This document shows, one piece after another, positions 12,560 to 23,707 of a stretch of 64,000 nt of DNA. The notes beneath the pieces were generated by a model. The model searched no databases. It saw only the letters and a list, made by a program, of their open reading frames with translations, and had not been told where the DNA came from. Origin of the DNA: Lama guanicoe. Lineage: Eukaryota. Numbering within the stretch: the first letter of the stretch is position 1; each line of letters begins with the position of its first letter. The DNA lies in assembly GCA_013239625.1 (NCBI GenBank), contig MU053379.1, positions 4,297,229-4,361,228 of the forward strand. Reading direction: 5' to 3'. The translations under genes were made by a program, and so were the position numbers.

Positions 12560-13465
12560 GCAGCAGCCTGGAGATGGCCTGACTTTGAGTTCACGGCCGT
12601 GAACCCCAGTGGTCGTTCTCGCTGCCTGACGATCTTGCTGTTGGTTTCCAGTCCAACCTCAGTCATCCTCTCCTAAATGGCCACATGACCCTTCCCCTGT
12701 CTCCTCGAACCCCTGACATCACCACCCCTCTCCTTTCTCTTAGCTTCCAACTCTGCTGGAAAGCTTTGAGCAGCCATAGAACTTCCCGGGACGGTCCTGC
12801 CCCCTTTCCTGGCCCGCCGTCGCTGCCCTCGAACCTCCACCACCTCCCCTCCCCCGGAGACGAGCGCCGCACGCCGTCTGGCGCCCGGGTGCTCGGCTGC
12901 CACCGGGCTCGGCGTCTCCGCCCTCGGACGTCGCTGCAGCGATTCCGCTGCTCTCTTTCTCACGTCGTCCAGTGCGTGGTTTTCAGCCGCTCGTTCCCAT
13001 CACACGAGAAGCACGTTACTGTTGCTTCATCTTAAAAGAACTCTTGCCCTTGCTTCCTCTCCCAGAGTCCGTGACACTTCTTTGCTCCCCGTGGGAAGCA
13101 AAACTCCTTGAACGACCACACTCACCATCCATAGTGCGTCTCCTCCACGTTCCCCTGGTTCCATTCCGATCGGGCTTCGGCCCCCAGCACACGCCTGAGA
13201 CTGCTCTTGTCTAGGTCACTTCCCTGTTGTCAAAGCCAAATATTTTCTGCGCGTGGCTTCCAGGGCACCTCACGGTGCCCGCCTTCTGTCCCAGCCACCT
13301 TGCGGGTTTCTCCTTCTGTCCACGACCTTGGCATGTGGAGCCCCTCAGACTCGGTCCTCCATCCTTTTCTCTGTCGAAACCCTCTCCACGATGATCTCAC
13401 CCCGCCTGTGGCTTTAAACACCATCCAGATGGCAAACCCTCTCCCCCATTCATATCTTTAAGCCA
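12560..13465 (+). mobile_element. L2 ORF2-region fragment
   Basis: gcaaaactccttgaa...gagactgctcttgtctaggtcac...gtggctttaaacaccatc motifs. Confidence 0.75.
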
Positions 13466-13768
13466 CACCCACTCAGACAAGACCCTCCGAGGCAAGTTTC
13501 AGCAGCTCAGCCGCGGCACCCGCGTGGTCCGGCGCGAGTGAGGACCTAGCTCGCGGTGGACTGGTGGCGGCCACGCTAGCAGCTACGATGCTGTCGAGGT
13601 TTTGGGTAAGTCGTGCACTGTGATGAGCTCAGTGTCCGGCGTGGTGCTGCCCTGTCCGCCCCCGACCTCTCCCGTCCTCCTCGCGCACCTCTGCCCATCC
13701 TAGGAGGTGTCGGGCAGCCCGCCCCCCGTGGCTGGAGGGGATCCAGAGCCCTTCCGAACGTCAGCAGC

Positions 13769-14208
13769 CACGTGACTTGTCCACGGACAGGCCATCCGCC
13801 GGGGCCTTGGCGGCCAATGGCGTTCTGCGCGTTTTCTCCCTGTGGGGGAGGCTGGACCCCAGCGTGGAGCAGACAAGGGGAGAAGGAGCAGCTGAGGAGA
13901 CGGGCCCCGCCTGCGCCAGCTGAGGGGGCGGGGCCCTGCAGACACGTGACAGGCACCTGAGCGCATGCACGGGGTGCGTGCGTGTGCGTGTGTGCGTGCG
14001 TGCGTGTGCACGTGGGAGCGCGTGCCTGCGTGTGTGTTCAGGAATTTGTAATCACACCTAAGGGGCTGGGCAGGGCCCCCACCCCGCTTTTCGGGAGAGA
14101 CTGTCCCTAGAGACTGAGTGTGGCGGGGGGGCAGGGCCGCTGGCATCAGCAGCTGCTTTTAATAACCCCGCTCACCTCCGCTGATTGACACGCCCGTCAG
14201 AATAAAAG
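13769..14208 (+). promoter_or_regulatory. Candidate promoter/enhancer cluster (2x CACGTGAC, CCAAT, GC boxes, TGATTGACA, TATA-like AATAAAAG)
   Basis: CACGTGAC at 13769 and 13943, CCAAT 13814, GGGGCGGGGC 13925, TGATTGACAC 14182, AATAAAAG 14201. Motif matches only, no activity data. Confidence 0.4.
13974..14037. repeat. (GT/GC) alternating purine-pyrimidine microsatellite, Z-DNA prone
   Basis: gtgcgtgcgtgtgcgtgtgtgcgtgcgtgcgtgtgcacgtg... Confidence 0.85.
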
Positions 14209-15819
14209 GGAGGAAGCGACCCGCCGCGCAGGGAGTCGGACGGACTGGTGGAGCCCCCGGGCCCAGGTTCGCTGCGCGCGCCCTCCCCTCCGGGGCACAG
14301 ATACGCGCGAATGAGAGCAGAGCGCGTCTGTCTGTCCTGCTGCCTCTGTGCCCGCTGGGCCCGAGCCGTGCGCTCTGCCACCAGTCCGTCCCGGGGCAGA
14401 GATAATGCGATGCAATGTTTTCACCAAAAATGCTTCCTTTCTCTCCCAGGTGTTCAGAGACAGCATTTCCGCCTCCCTTGTGCTGGGGGCGAGCGGCTGA
14501 TGGGATGTGGGTGTCAGTGAGGCAGCTCGGTCCCCAAACCTCCCGGGAAGGCTCCGTTCTCTCTCCTCCATCGCCGGCCCACCCACCGCAGCGGGTCCGC
14601 GGAGCCCCAGAGCAGCTGCGCTGCCAGAGGGAAGGACCCGGAGGAGCCCCGCTCCCTCCCGCCCCCAGTCACGCTGCCCGCCACAACCGGATGGAACCAA
14701 GGATGCATCCTCTGGTCAGATTCAGTCCTTCCCGCGTCTGCACCTCTGGGCGGCGAACTTCACAGGTGCACCTCAGCGTCTTCCCCGCTTGGCGGGGTGC
14801 GGTTGGGTGATCTCCTTTCCCCAGGCCTTGGGCTCTGGTTCGACTCCAGCAGACCAGGCTCTGGTCAGACACTGTCCCTCGAGGGCAGGTCTCATGACAG
14901 AGAACGGGCGCTGGGCTGCGTTTCAGATGGGTTCTTCCTCTCTGCCCTGCCGGGGGCCCTGGGGGTCTCTGAGCCAGTCGCTGTGGGGACACAGCGGGGC
15001 TCTGGGAGGCAGAACTCAGACATGTGGGCCCCCGCGGCTGCCCCTTCCCGGAGTTTTAACTGAGACCTGTGCACACTGAGCCTCCGGCGACGGGCCACCA
15101 CGCGTTAGGCTCTCCCGTCCTGGCTCTGGTCCCCGCCGAGGTTTCCGCTGGCGAGTCCCTCCTCCAGAGCACCATGATTCCGTGCACCTGCCGGGCTGTT
15201 TCTCCCGTTTTGGGGGGAGCGGCCTCCCCAGTGACCTCACTTCTCTGAAGGATCTAAGAAGAGCTGCAGGCTTTTCAATTTGCTCGGCTTTTTGCTTGTT
15301 GCTAAGTCAGACCCACAACTTCCACGCCGCACTGGAAGCCAGCGCTGCCTGAGGCGAAGTCGGCCAAGGCAGCGGGAGGGCTGGGGGAGCCGCCCAGGGG
15401 CCGCAGAGGGGCCTGGGGGCGCGGGTGCAGGCAGGCCCTCCCGGGGGCCACTCCCCGGGGCTGCCCCGGGGCAGAGGGACTGACCTTCGCCACACGAGCG
15501 TGATTCCCCTTAACCCCGGTCGGTGGGCGGTTGGGCGCTAACTGTGCTTCGGGTGGTTGTTCGGGGCGCGGAGGCTGCAGCACAGGGGTGACGGCGCTGA
15601 CAAGAACCCCCTCAGACGCTGCCGACCACGAGGACCGCGTGTCCCTTTGCCCAAGACAGTCCCGGCCGTGTCTTCGGGCATCTGTCCTGGTCCGGCTCCC
15701 CCTTCTGCTCTTTCACGTCCCTTCCTTTTCCTCCAGTGTCTGTACAACTCAACCCGAAGCCCTCAGGTGGAGCCAAGCGAGTCCACAGGAGTCGGGTAAG
15801 ATACAGGCTACGTACACGG

Positions 15820-16472
15820 TCAGAACGTCTCCCCTCGTGGCGCGTGTTTACTACAAAGAGGGGGAAGCCAGCTCTCGGCGGAGGAGCCCGGCTGACAGCC
15901 GCTCGGCCAGGCGGACGGAGTGCGTGTCGCCAGCTGCAGGACAAGCCGGGCCACCTGAAGGGGCACGGTGAGCGGGCGCAGCGCCACTCGGGGGCGGTCC
16001 TCCGGAGACGCACCTGCATCCCGGCAGGAGGGAGCGTGAGGCTGGCGCGAGCTGAGGAAGAGTCCATGGCCCGTTCTCTGCACAGCGCCGGGGCCACGGG
16101 GGTCCAGGAGAGACCAAGGAGCTCTTCGGGCTGCAGGCAACTAAAAATACACGATGACGGAATGCCCCACGTGACGCTGAACGAGATCCTGTTTCTGTAA
16201 AAGACGTTGTCGGGACAATTGGCGAAGCCTGGATGGAGACTGAGGACTGGATGCGGTGAAGCCTCAGTGTCCGCTTCCTGGTTTTGATGGTTCTATTGTG
16301 TTCAGGGAGGAAGGCGGCCTCGCTTGTAGGAAAGGTACATCCCCACACTCAGGGATCGTGGGCGTCCCATCAGCATAGCTCAGAAGTGACCTCAGGGAGG
16401 GAGGAAAGAGTTCTTTCACAACACGTCGCTTTTCTGTAAGTTTGAACACCTTTTCAGAATATAACGTTTAAA
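15820..16472 (+). mobile_element. Old L1 3' end (L1MC/MD-like), heavily GC-shifted
   Basis: ttactacaaagaggggg...aaagacgttgtcgggacaattggcgaa...ttcctggttttgatggtt...cttttctgtaagtttgaa. Confidence 0.75.
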
Positions 16473-16835
16473 CCCCCCAGTGTGGAAGGGAAGTTATGTG
16501 ACTGCCCTGCTTACGGAGGTGAGTTCCTCTAAAGCTCCTTCTCCAAGCCGTCCCTGCGCCGGACTCGGGTGCGCCCTCACAGTTAAGTCTCTTCCTCTGG
16601 AGAAAAGCCTTCTGCAGAGCGACACGGAGGGCGCAGCCCTCGGACAGAGCTTGGGGGTGTCAGAGCTGAAGTCTCCAAGAGAGCGAGTGAGGGGAGCAAA
16701 GAGTAAGCCCCAGGCTTGGGAGCCGAGCGTGCATCCAGGAGAAGGTGCAGAAGGTGGCCGTGCCTGGCAAACCCCTGAGCGGGGAGCCCAACCCTTTGTG
16801 GGTCTTCGCACACCAACTCACCGTCACTGTTTCAC

Positions 16836-17013
16836 TTTCCTTTTCATTATAGTGACTGCAAGATACTGACTATCGTAGAAACTAGTTGTTTATCTATTTC
16901 ATATGTAGTACTTTGTATGAAAATGGGTATTTGATGCACAGGACACTGGAATCTAGTGCAACCTTGTAAAGTGACTCTACTTCAATAAAAAAGAATGCAA
17001 ATAAAAAAATAAA
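16836..17013 (+). mobile_element. Short L1 insertion with inverted 5' part (twin-priming type)
   Basis: About 16836-16918 is antisense L1 3'UTR (ttttcattatag..gttgtttatctattt). About 16919-17013 is the sense terminus (ttgtaaagtgactctacttcaataaaaaa). Confidence 0.65.
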
Positions 17014-17884
17014 TCTCCATCTTTGTATTTCCACATTTAGTCTATAAAATGGATCAGAAGAGCTTTTGTTCATACCACCAAGCTATCTGCCGACTCGCAG
17101 AGCCAAAACCTCCTGTTGACATAGTTTGACGAGATCACGGGGACAAAAGCAGGCGTCCCACAGCCACCGAGGATCATGGGGCCTCGGGTCAAGCAAAAGG
17201 GAAGGAACCCTAAAGAGTCAGAGACCTGGAAAGAAATATCCTCTAGCACAGGAAACCCCACATCCAAGGGACGTGGAAACAGATCAAAAAATGAGAGGAG
17301 GATAAAGGAATAAATAAGGTGACTTTTGAAAGTACTGTACAAACGACCCAGTACTCATACAAACGGGACTGGTTTGGGAAGGCAGCCGCAGAGAACACGA
17401 GAGGTGTAAATACGTCTTGTCTCTTTGTGGGGTGGAGGGAGGACGGGACTCCTGGAGTCTGCCGGGGTCCAGGCCAGAAGGCCTCGCAGGACTTCGGAGA
17501 TGCTGGTGGGACGCCCTGCCTGCTCCGCTCCCCCCTGTCTCGGAACCGCGGCTCTGCTGGTCTTGTCTCCCCTCACTCCCCCTTCCCACTGACGTCCACT
17601 CAAAAGGACCATTTTTAGTCTTCGAAGCATGAAGGTCGGATACAACATTCCCCAATTTGATCTAATCAAAGACAAATCTCCCCAGATCTGAACTACTGAA
17701 CACAGCCTACGGCCGACACTCTGCGGGTTCTGGAAACCACACCAGACACACTCCTAAGACAGATTTCTTTTCTAGCTCGGATCCCTCTTCGGTCCCTTCA
17801 GACTTTCCCCTGAAGCTGTTGGACTTACGACTAAGCTCTGTAACCTTGGCTGGAAAGATTCATGCCCCAAGTAACAGTTTTCCT

Positions 17885-18090
17885 TTTTTATACATTTTTT
17901 GAGTTGTACTTTTCAAGGAATTCATCTGTCTCCTCTATGCTGTGAAGTTCACCAGCAGAGCTGGCCCATAAGGCTGCCGGAGGACCCCTCGGGTGTCCAT
18001 GGGACCCACAGCGTGGCTTCCTCTCTCACTCCTCCTGTAGGAAATCAGAGTCGCCTCTTCTTGATCGATGGGTCCAGCTGAGACCTCACT
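17885..18090 (-). mobile_element. Old L1M fragment, antisense
   Basis: ttgtacttttcaaggaattcatctgtctcctcta...cctctctcactcct. Confidence 0.55.
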
Positions 18091-20174
18091 GCATACATTT
18101 AAAAATCATGTTTAACTCAGACCACCTCTGTCCTTTCTGCTGGCCCTGAAATGCGGGTTGGTCAGTGCCTGGTGAATTCCAGGACCCGGCGAGGCCGGAG
18201 GGAGGAGGGGAGGGCGCGGGCAAGGTCAGAGGCAGGGTCCGGGGAAGGTGGGGAGGCTGATAAGAACGGAGTCCATGACTCAGACACTGGGTGGGTGCAG
18301 AGCAGGAGTGCAGAGTGGCTCGGGCACACACCCCTTCCGCACTGCTCGCGGCCACGCTTCCTGGTAATGTGTCGTGAAGCACCATTTCCGAGCGCGTTTG
18401 CCGGGGCTGAGGCGCGGCCCACTTGCGTCCCACGGCTGTACATTAAACTCCCGGGCGTCTCAGGAGCCTTGGACTATATATAGCTCACTTCCCTGTAACA
18501 GGAGAAGGAAGAGACGCATGGCTGAGGACTCCAGGGGGCTTTCTGAAAGGGCCGCGTTTTCTAACCTCTTGATGGAAACCTCCGTTTCCACTGAGACGTT
18601 TGAATTACGGGTGATCCGAAGTTTCCAGCTTACCACGAAGGCGTGGATTGTTAACTAGTTAATAATCAAAATACACATGTTATCACTGTGCATGCCGTAG
18701 TTTGGTGAACTAGAAAGTATGCCAAACAGCAAGGAAAATTCCAACAAAATGAGTCGTCAATAATAAAAATAAACTGTCACAAAAACGTGAGACCAAGCGA
18801 AAACTCAGAAAGAGAAAACGAAAGCCCGTGTTTCTTTTTACCGGGTACGGAGCACACGCCTTGGCCTCGGGTCGGACCCCTTGCGTACTTCCAGGCATGA
18901 GCCGTGATCTTTCGGTCTTAACTCTTCGCGGCAACGATCGCATGGTCGCTTGTGTTACACGGCACAGCCTGGAGTTGCTGGCAGACCTGCAACGGAGCAG
19001 CAGCGGGGCAGGGGCAGGGGCAGTGTGCGCCGCCTTCAGCAGAGCCCTAAGTAGGTAAGAGAGCGCAGCGGGAAGTTGGCCGGACGCGGATCTCAGCGAA
19101 CCCAAGCTGTCCCGGTCGCCAGGGCACATGGAGCAGGGCCCAGCCCTCCGCCCCCGGGGCTGCTGCTCCGGGCTCGGCCTCTTGCTTTTCAAGAATCCTT
19201 TGCTCCTGGTTTTAAAACAGAGTCTGACCTGTCTCGTAATTTGTGGGACGAGCTCCTCAGAGCGATCGACAGCCCGGGAAGAGACTTGTGTCCAGATTAC
19301 ATACGGCACCTTCAGATCCAGCCCTCACCAACGAGCACGCCAAACCCGCCGTCAGACCCCCCGCGTGCCTGCTTCTCACTCCCCCCGGGCCCGGGACCCC
19401 TTGGCGAGCTGGCGAAGCCCCAGGCCCTGGCTCCGTCTGGGCAACACCCACACCTGCAAGCGTGAGTGCAGGTCCCTCTCCAACCCCCCCAGCCCAAGTG
19501 TGGACCCCAGTTCAGGACGTCTGCTCCAGGGGAGCGTCTGGATGGCGTCCCCAAGGCGGGGTCCTGAGGGGGACCCTCCTTCACTAACCAGTCTGGCCTC
19601 CCCTGTGTCTGGGGGCAAAGCTACTTCACTTGCTTTACTACATTTTGCCCCCCCCATCTCCTCAGAGCCTCCCAAAGGTTAACATTCACCCGCCGTCTCC
19701 CCAGCCTCTTTCCTCCAGCTGGGAAGAGCTGTCTGCGGCCGCGGCCCCCCGCGAGGGCCTGCAGCTTCCTGCCTCCAAGCAGGAGCCGCGCACACGACTG
19801 CGCCTGGAGAAGCACAGTGCAGACGTGCTCAGGGAGCGGGGCGGTGCAGGGCTGGGAGCTAACAATGCCCCGCCGCGCCCTGTCAAGGACAGGGACGCCG
19901 GGCGGAGGCCAGGGGCCGAGGACACCGCCGTCCCCAGAGGCCTTGGGGGAAGGCGGAGCCCCCGCCCTGGGGGCGGATGCTTCCCGCCAGCCTGGGGGGC
20001 TGGGCGCGGCCGGGGCTCTGCCTGCGCCCGACCCCCGGGTGACGGGGCTTGCTGGGGTGCGGGCCAGGCCGGCCAGGGCGGGGCGCAGCCACACGGTTTC
20101 ACATGGCCCGGTCTTTGTTTTAAAATCAAATTTAATTTTAAAACTTGTATTTTCCCCCTTGGACCTTCCTCGAG

Positions 20175-20222
20175 AACTATATATATATATAGTTTTTTAA
20201 AATATATATATATATATATTTT
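20175..20222. repeat. Two adjacent (TA)n perfect palindromes
   Basis: aactatatatatatatagtt (20175-20194) and aaaa(ta)8tttt (20199-20222). Confidence 0.95.
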
Positions 20223-21005
20223 TTTTACAGATAATGACTTTTTACAGCTGTTTTGCTCAGAACAGCAGCCAAGCATGGTCTGCATGTTACATTCAGCTGC
20301 CAAGTCTCAGGTCTCTTTTTTAAACTTGAGCTTCAAGTTCACGCGGTTGCGTACACTGAGTTTATTTACATCCATCACAAGCACGTCCAGAGCCACGGGA
20401 TCGCCGCTCGATGAACACGCAGGGCGTCCCCAGCCCCACTCGCCCCTGCGCCCCCCGCCAGCCCGGGAGGGCCCCCAGCCCGGCTGCTCCCCCCGGGTCC
20501 TTGGTTTGCGCTTGGGTTTCACACCTGTTCACACACGCGGGGCGTGCTCTTCCGGGCGCGGCCTCTGGGCTCAGGGTCGCAGCTGGAGAGGCGCGCTCGC
20601 TGCCGGTTTGCCTGCTCCACTCCGCATCTGCTCCGCCCCGCTGGCATGTGCTTTGTCTCTGCTGATGTGACTGTCACTGCTGTGAGTGTCCTGTCTGCAT
20701 CTGGGCAGCACGAGCTCCCCTCTGTGAAGCGTCTGGATGGCAGACGAGGCATCGTCTTGCTCTTGGAAAGACTCTCCGACAATTTTCCAAAGTGCAGGAA
20801 TTCCCGCCGCCCTGCGGCCTGGAATGCGCTCGGTGTCTGCGTCACCATAACTCACTTGGACGTGCGGCAGCGTCTCCGCTGGCCTGTCCTCAACGTTCTC
20901 CCGTTGGCCAAGGGCGGCGAGCGCCGCCGCCAGCTGTCTGGAGCTCTTATTTTGTGAAGCACCTATTGAGGTAGTTCTGTCCATTTTTTGAAAGTTGGGT
21001 TATTT
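20223..21005 (-). mobile_element. Old L1 (L1MC/ME-like) antisense fragments, strongly GC-shifted
   Basis: ttacagctgttttgctc..ggtctgcatgttacattcagctg..gtctctttt; aattttccaaagtg; gtgaagcacctattgag..gtccattttt..ttgggttattt. Confidence 0.6.
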
Positions 21006-23633
21006 CTACACTATTTTTATATGTTTAACAGGTTTATTTCCCCCAAACGTCACGAGGACCACAGACCATCCCGGCGAACGAGACCTGAGCAGGTTAGGAG
21101 CAGGCAGTTCGGGGGAAGAATCCAGATAAAACAGCGAAAATACTAAGAATGCTGGTTCCCTGAGTGACGTAGGAAGGAGATTAAATTGTTGGTCTCTTTC
21201 TTCCCAAAGGGAATCTGTTTCTTGGGAACAAGATGACCATTAAAAAAAAAAAAGACTCAGTGACTTACATGAATGATGGAAAAACTGATGAGTGCCGGAA
21301 ATACCAACGTACCAACGGAGAATCACGGACAGGAAATAGACAGAGCTGCCGTTCGGGGAGGAACGTCACGGCTTTTGTGTGAAACCGCTCCTTGACATAC
21401 GAAGGTTTGCTCTTCCTAGGCCTTGTTCGGGTTCACGCCAACGTGTACCTGAAACAGCCCTTGCTCACCTGGGGCTTCTTAAACATGTAGAGACGCCCTC
21501 ACGGTTCGCTTTAATGATGGCCTTGTGGTGTGTAAATTGCAAGTGATCACTTCCTTTGGTTTTACCGTCTTATCAGGCTGACCGGCCACTCCCAGCCTCC
21601 CTGCCGCCTCTTTGGGACCGCGCAGCCGAGACTCGTCCTGCTGGGTGTGGAACTTCCCGTCCTGGGGCCTGGCCTTTCCTGCAGGAAAGTGAGGCCAGCC
21701 CTAGGCGAGGTGAGAGGTGCTTGGAGCCGCTGGCATTGCCCACTCGCAGAAACGTTCCTGCGGGGCCCTCTGGGGTGTCTCCCCAAGGCTCTGATGGGCC
21801 AGCCCTCTGGGCATCGCGATCACAGCCGGCCCAGGGCAGTGCCAGCCTCAGCGCGGTCCCCGGGAGGCGGTGTCAGGGGCCTGGCTCAGGGCTGCTGGGG
21901 GCTGGACTGGGGAGGGGCCCCTGCCTAGTGGATGGGCTCCAGGCCCCCATTGCCTGGGTGGGCACTGGGGAGTGGCTTGCAGGGCATGGAAGGAAAAGAA
22001 GTGAGTTAAGGAAGGAGAAAGGGCTTAGCACAGGAAGGGGAGTCCCCGGGACAGGCAGTAGCCACGGTGATGTCGTGGCACCAGGCCCCGGGCCATCGGG
22101 GAAGCGGTCTCGCCAGGACATAGGAGCTGGGGTATGGGGTCCAGGACCGCCTCGCCCGGACTTGCATGATCGGATCAGAAGGACCCCTGCTGGGCCACCT
22201 GAGCCTTGCAAAGAGGTGGAAACTCGGCGTCACTCAGCAGCAGGAGAGCCTTCCCTGGGAGGTCCCTCCCTTGCTCCCCAGATCGACCACGGGGCCACGT
22301 GACCCACATCTGCTTCCCGACGGCCCCAAGCACCAGGGCACGAGGTCAGAGCTGCCAGGCAGGGCCAGGCAGGTGCCGGCCTGTCGAACGCACTGGGATG
22401 AGACGCACCCGGTCCGGGGCTTCACATCAACAAACCGGGAGAACGGTTCTGGCTGGAGCCGATGAGGCACTTCGCCTTCTTCTAGATGGATTTTTAAATC
22501 TCCCGTCGCTTAATTCATGGGACAGTCCGGCTGGCATGCCCCTGACTGCGGTTTCTCAGCGCTGTGCTCGTGGGAGTGATTTCACCCATCCTTTTCCTTC
22601 TCTGGGGAAACTGCAACGAGAAACAGTGTCTGGAACCTCTGTTGTTTCCAGAGCATGTTCCTCCTTGTTTTGGCTCACAGACCCCATTGAGCACGGTGGC
22701 CAGGTGCTTGTCACGTGGACTCGAGACACACAGGTTCTGGGAGGTCCTGGGAGGGGACCGTGACCACACAGGTCCTCACTGCAGGCCAAGGTGTGCCCAG
22801 GGTCCCTTCACCATCTGCAGCGCAAACCTCCAACACTTGGCCCTCAGGAGCACCTCCCCACAGCGCCCACTGCACCTGGGAGCTGGGCCCCGCGCCGCCG
22901 GGACCCACCACGGACCGGGCCGGACCTTCCACCAGAGACACAGACGAGGAAGGGGCCCTGGTCCCCTCCCACGCAGTCACCAGCCCAACAAGTGGCCCAG
23001 TTCTCAGCGGAGCTGGCGCACCCCTTCTGCCCTCCAGTCCCCGGCACGTGCTGGACTTGCAGGACGTGTGACTCTGCAGAAGAGGAGATGCCTGGGAGCC
23101 TTTCCGGGTCTGTCACCTGCAGAAGGGCAGTGAGGGTGACAGGGGGCCCTGGAGGGACACTGAGGCTCCCCAGCCTCCCCTGTTTCCAATGCCCCCGCAG
23201 CATAGGTCAGGAAAGGCTGAGGCCCAGACCCGTGGCCACTGGGGACACCCTGGGGCTCAGTCACTGCTCTCAGGATCTCCCCTGCCCTGGGAGCCCCTCA
23301 GCTCAGTGCTGCACCGGGCCGGGGCCTCCTTGGTTCCCAGGCTCCTGGAGCAGAGGGGGCTCCAGCCTCTTCTCCCCGCCACCCCCGTCACCCACATCCA
23401 GCGGTTCCCGCTGGCTGATCAGTCTCCTCTGTGAGGGATGCAGCCTCGGCATGGGTCAGAGTGACAGAGTGACTGGTGGGGACCCTGAGTTAGCCGAGCT
23501 CTGGGCTGCAAGCAGAGGCTGCAGGGAACTGAGGGATCAGGCAGGCCTGATGCAAAGGTTGTTCAGGAGCTGTGGGCGGGGGTGGGGAGGTCCCCACGGC
23601 CTGGGACCCGCTGTCATGGGGAGGACAGGGAGG

Positions 23634-23707
23634 CAGGTGCCTGGGACCCTGAGGGACACAGTTCCCAGTCCCAGGTGCCCTGGGACCCTGAGAGGAGACA
23701 GTTCCCC
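23634..23707. repeat. ~38-bp tandem duplication (2 copies)
   Basis: caggtgcctgggaccctgagggacacagttccc / caggtgccctgggaccctgagaggagacagttccc. Confidence 0.8.

Noticed and set aside
19630-20670. 346-aa ORF
   Set aside because: It reads through a (TA)n tract and L1 remnants, is low complexity and has no recognisable domain.
21268-21292. C/D-box-like atgatg..ctga
   Set aside because: The boxes are too close and imperfect, and there is no terminal stem.
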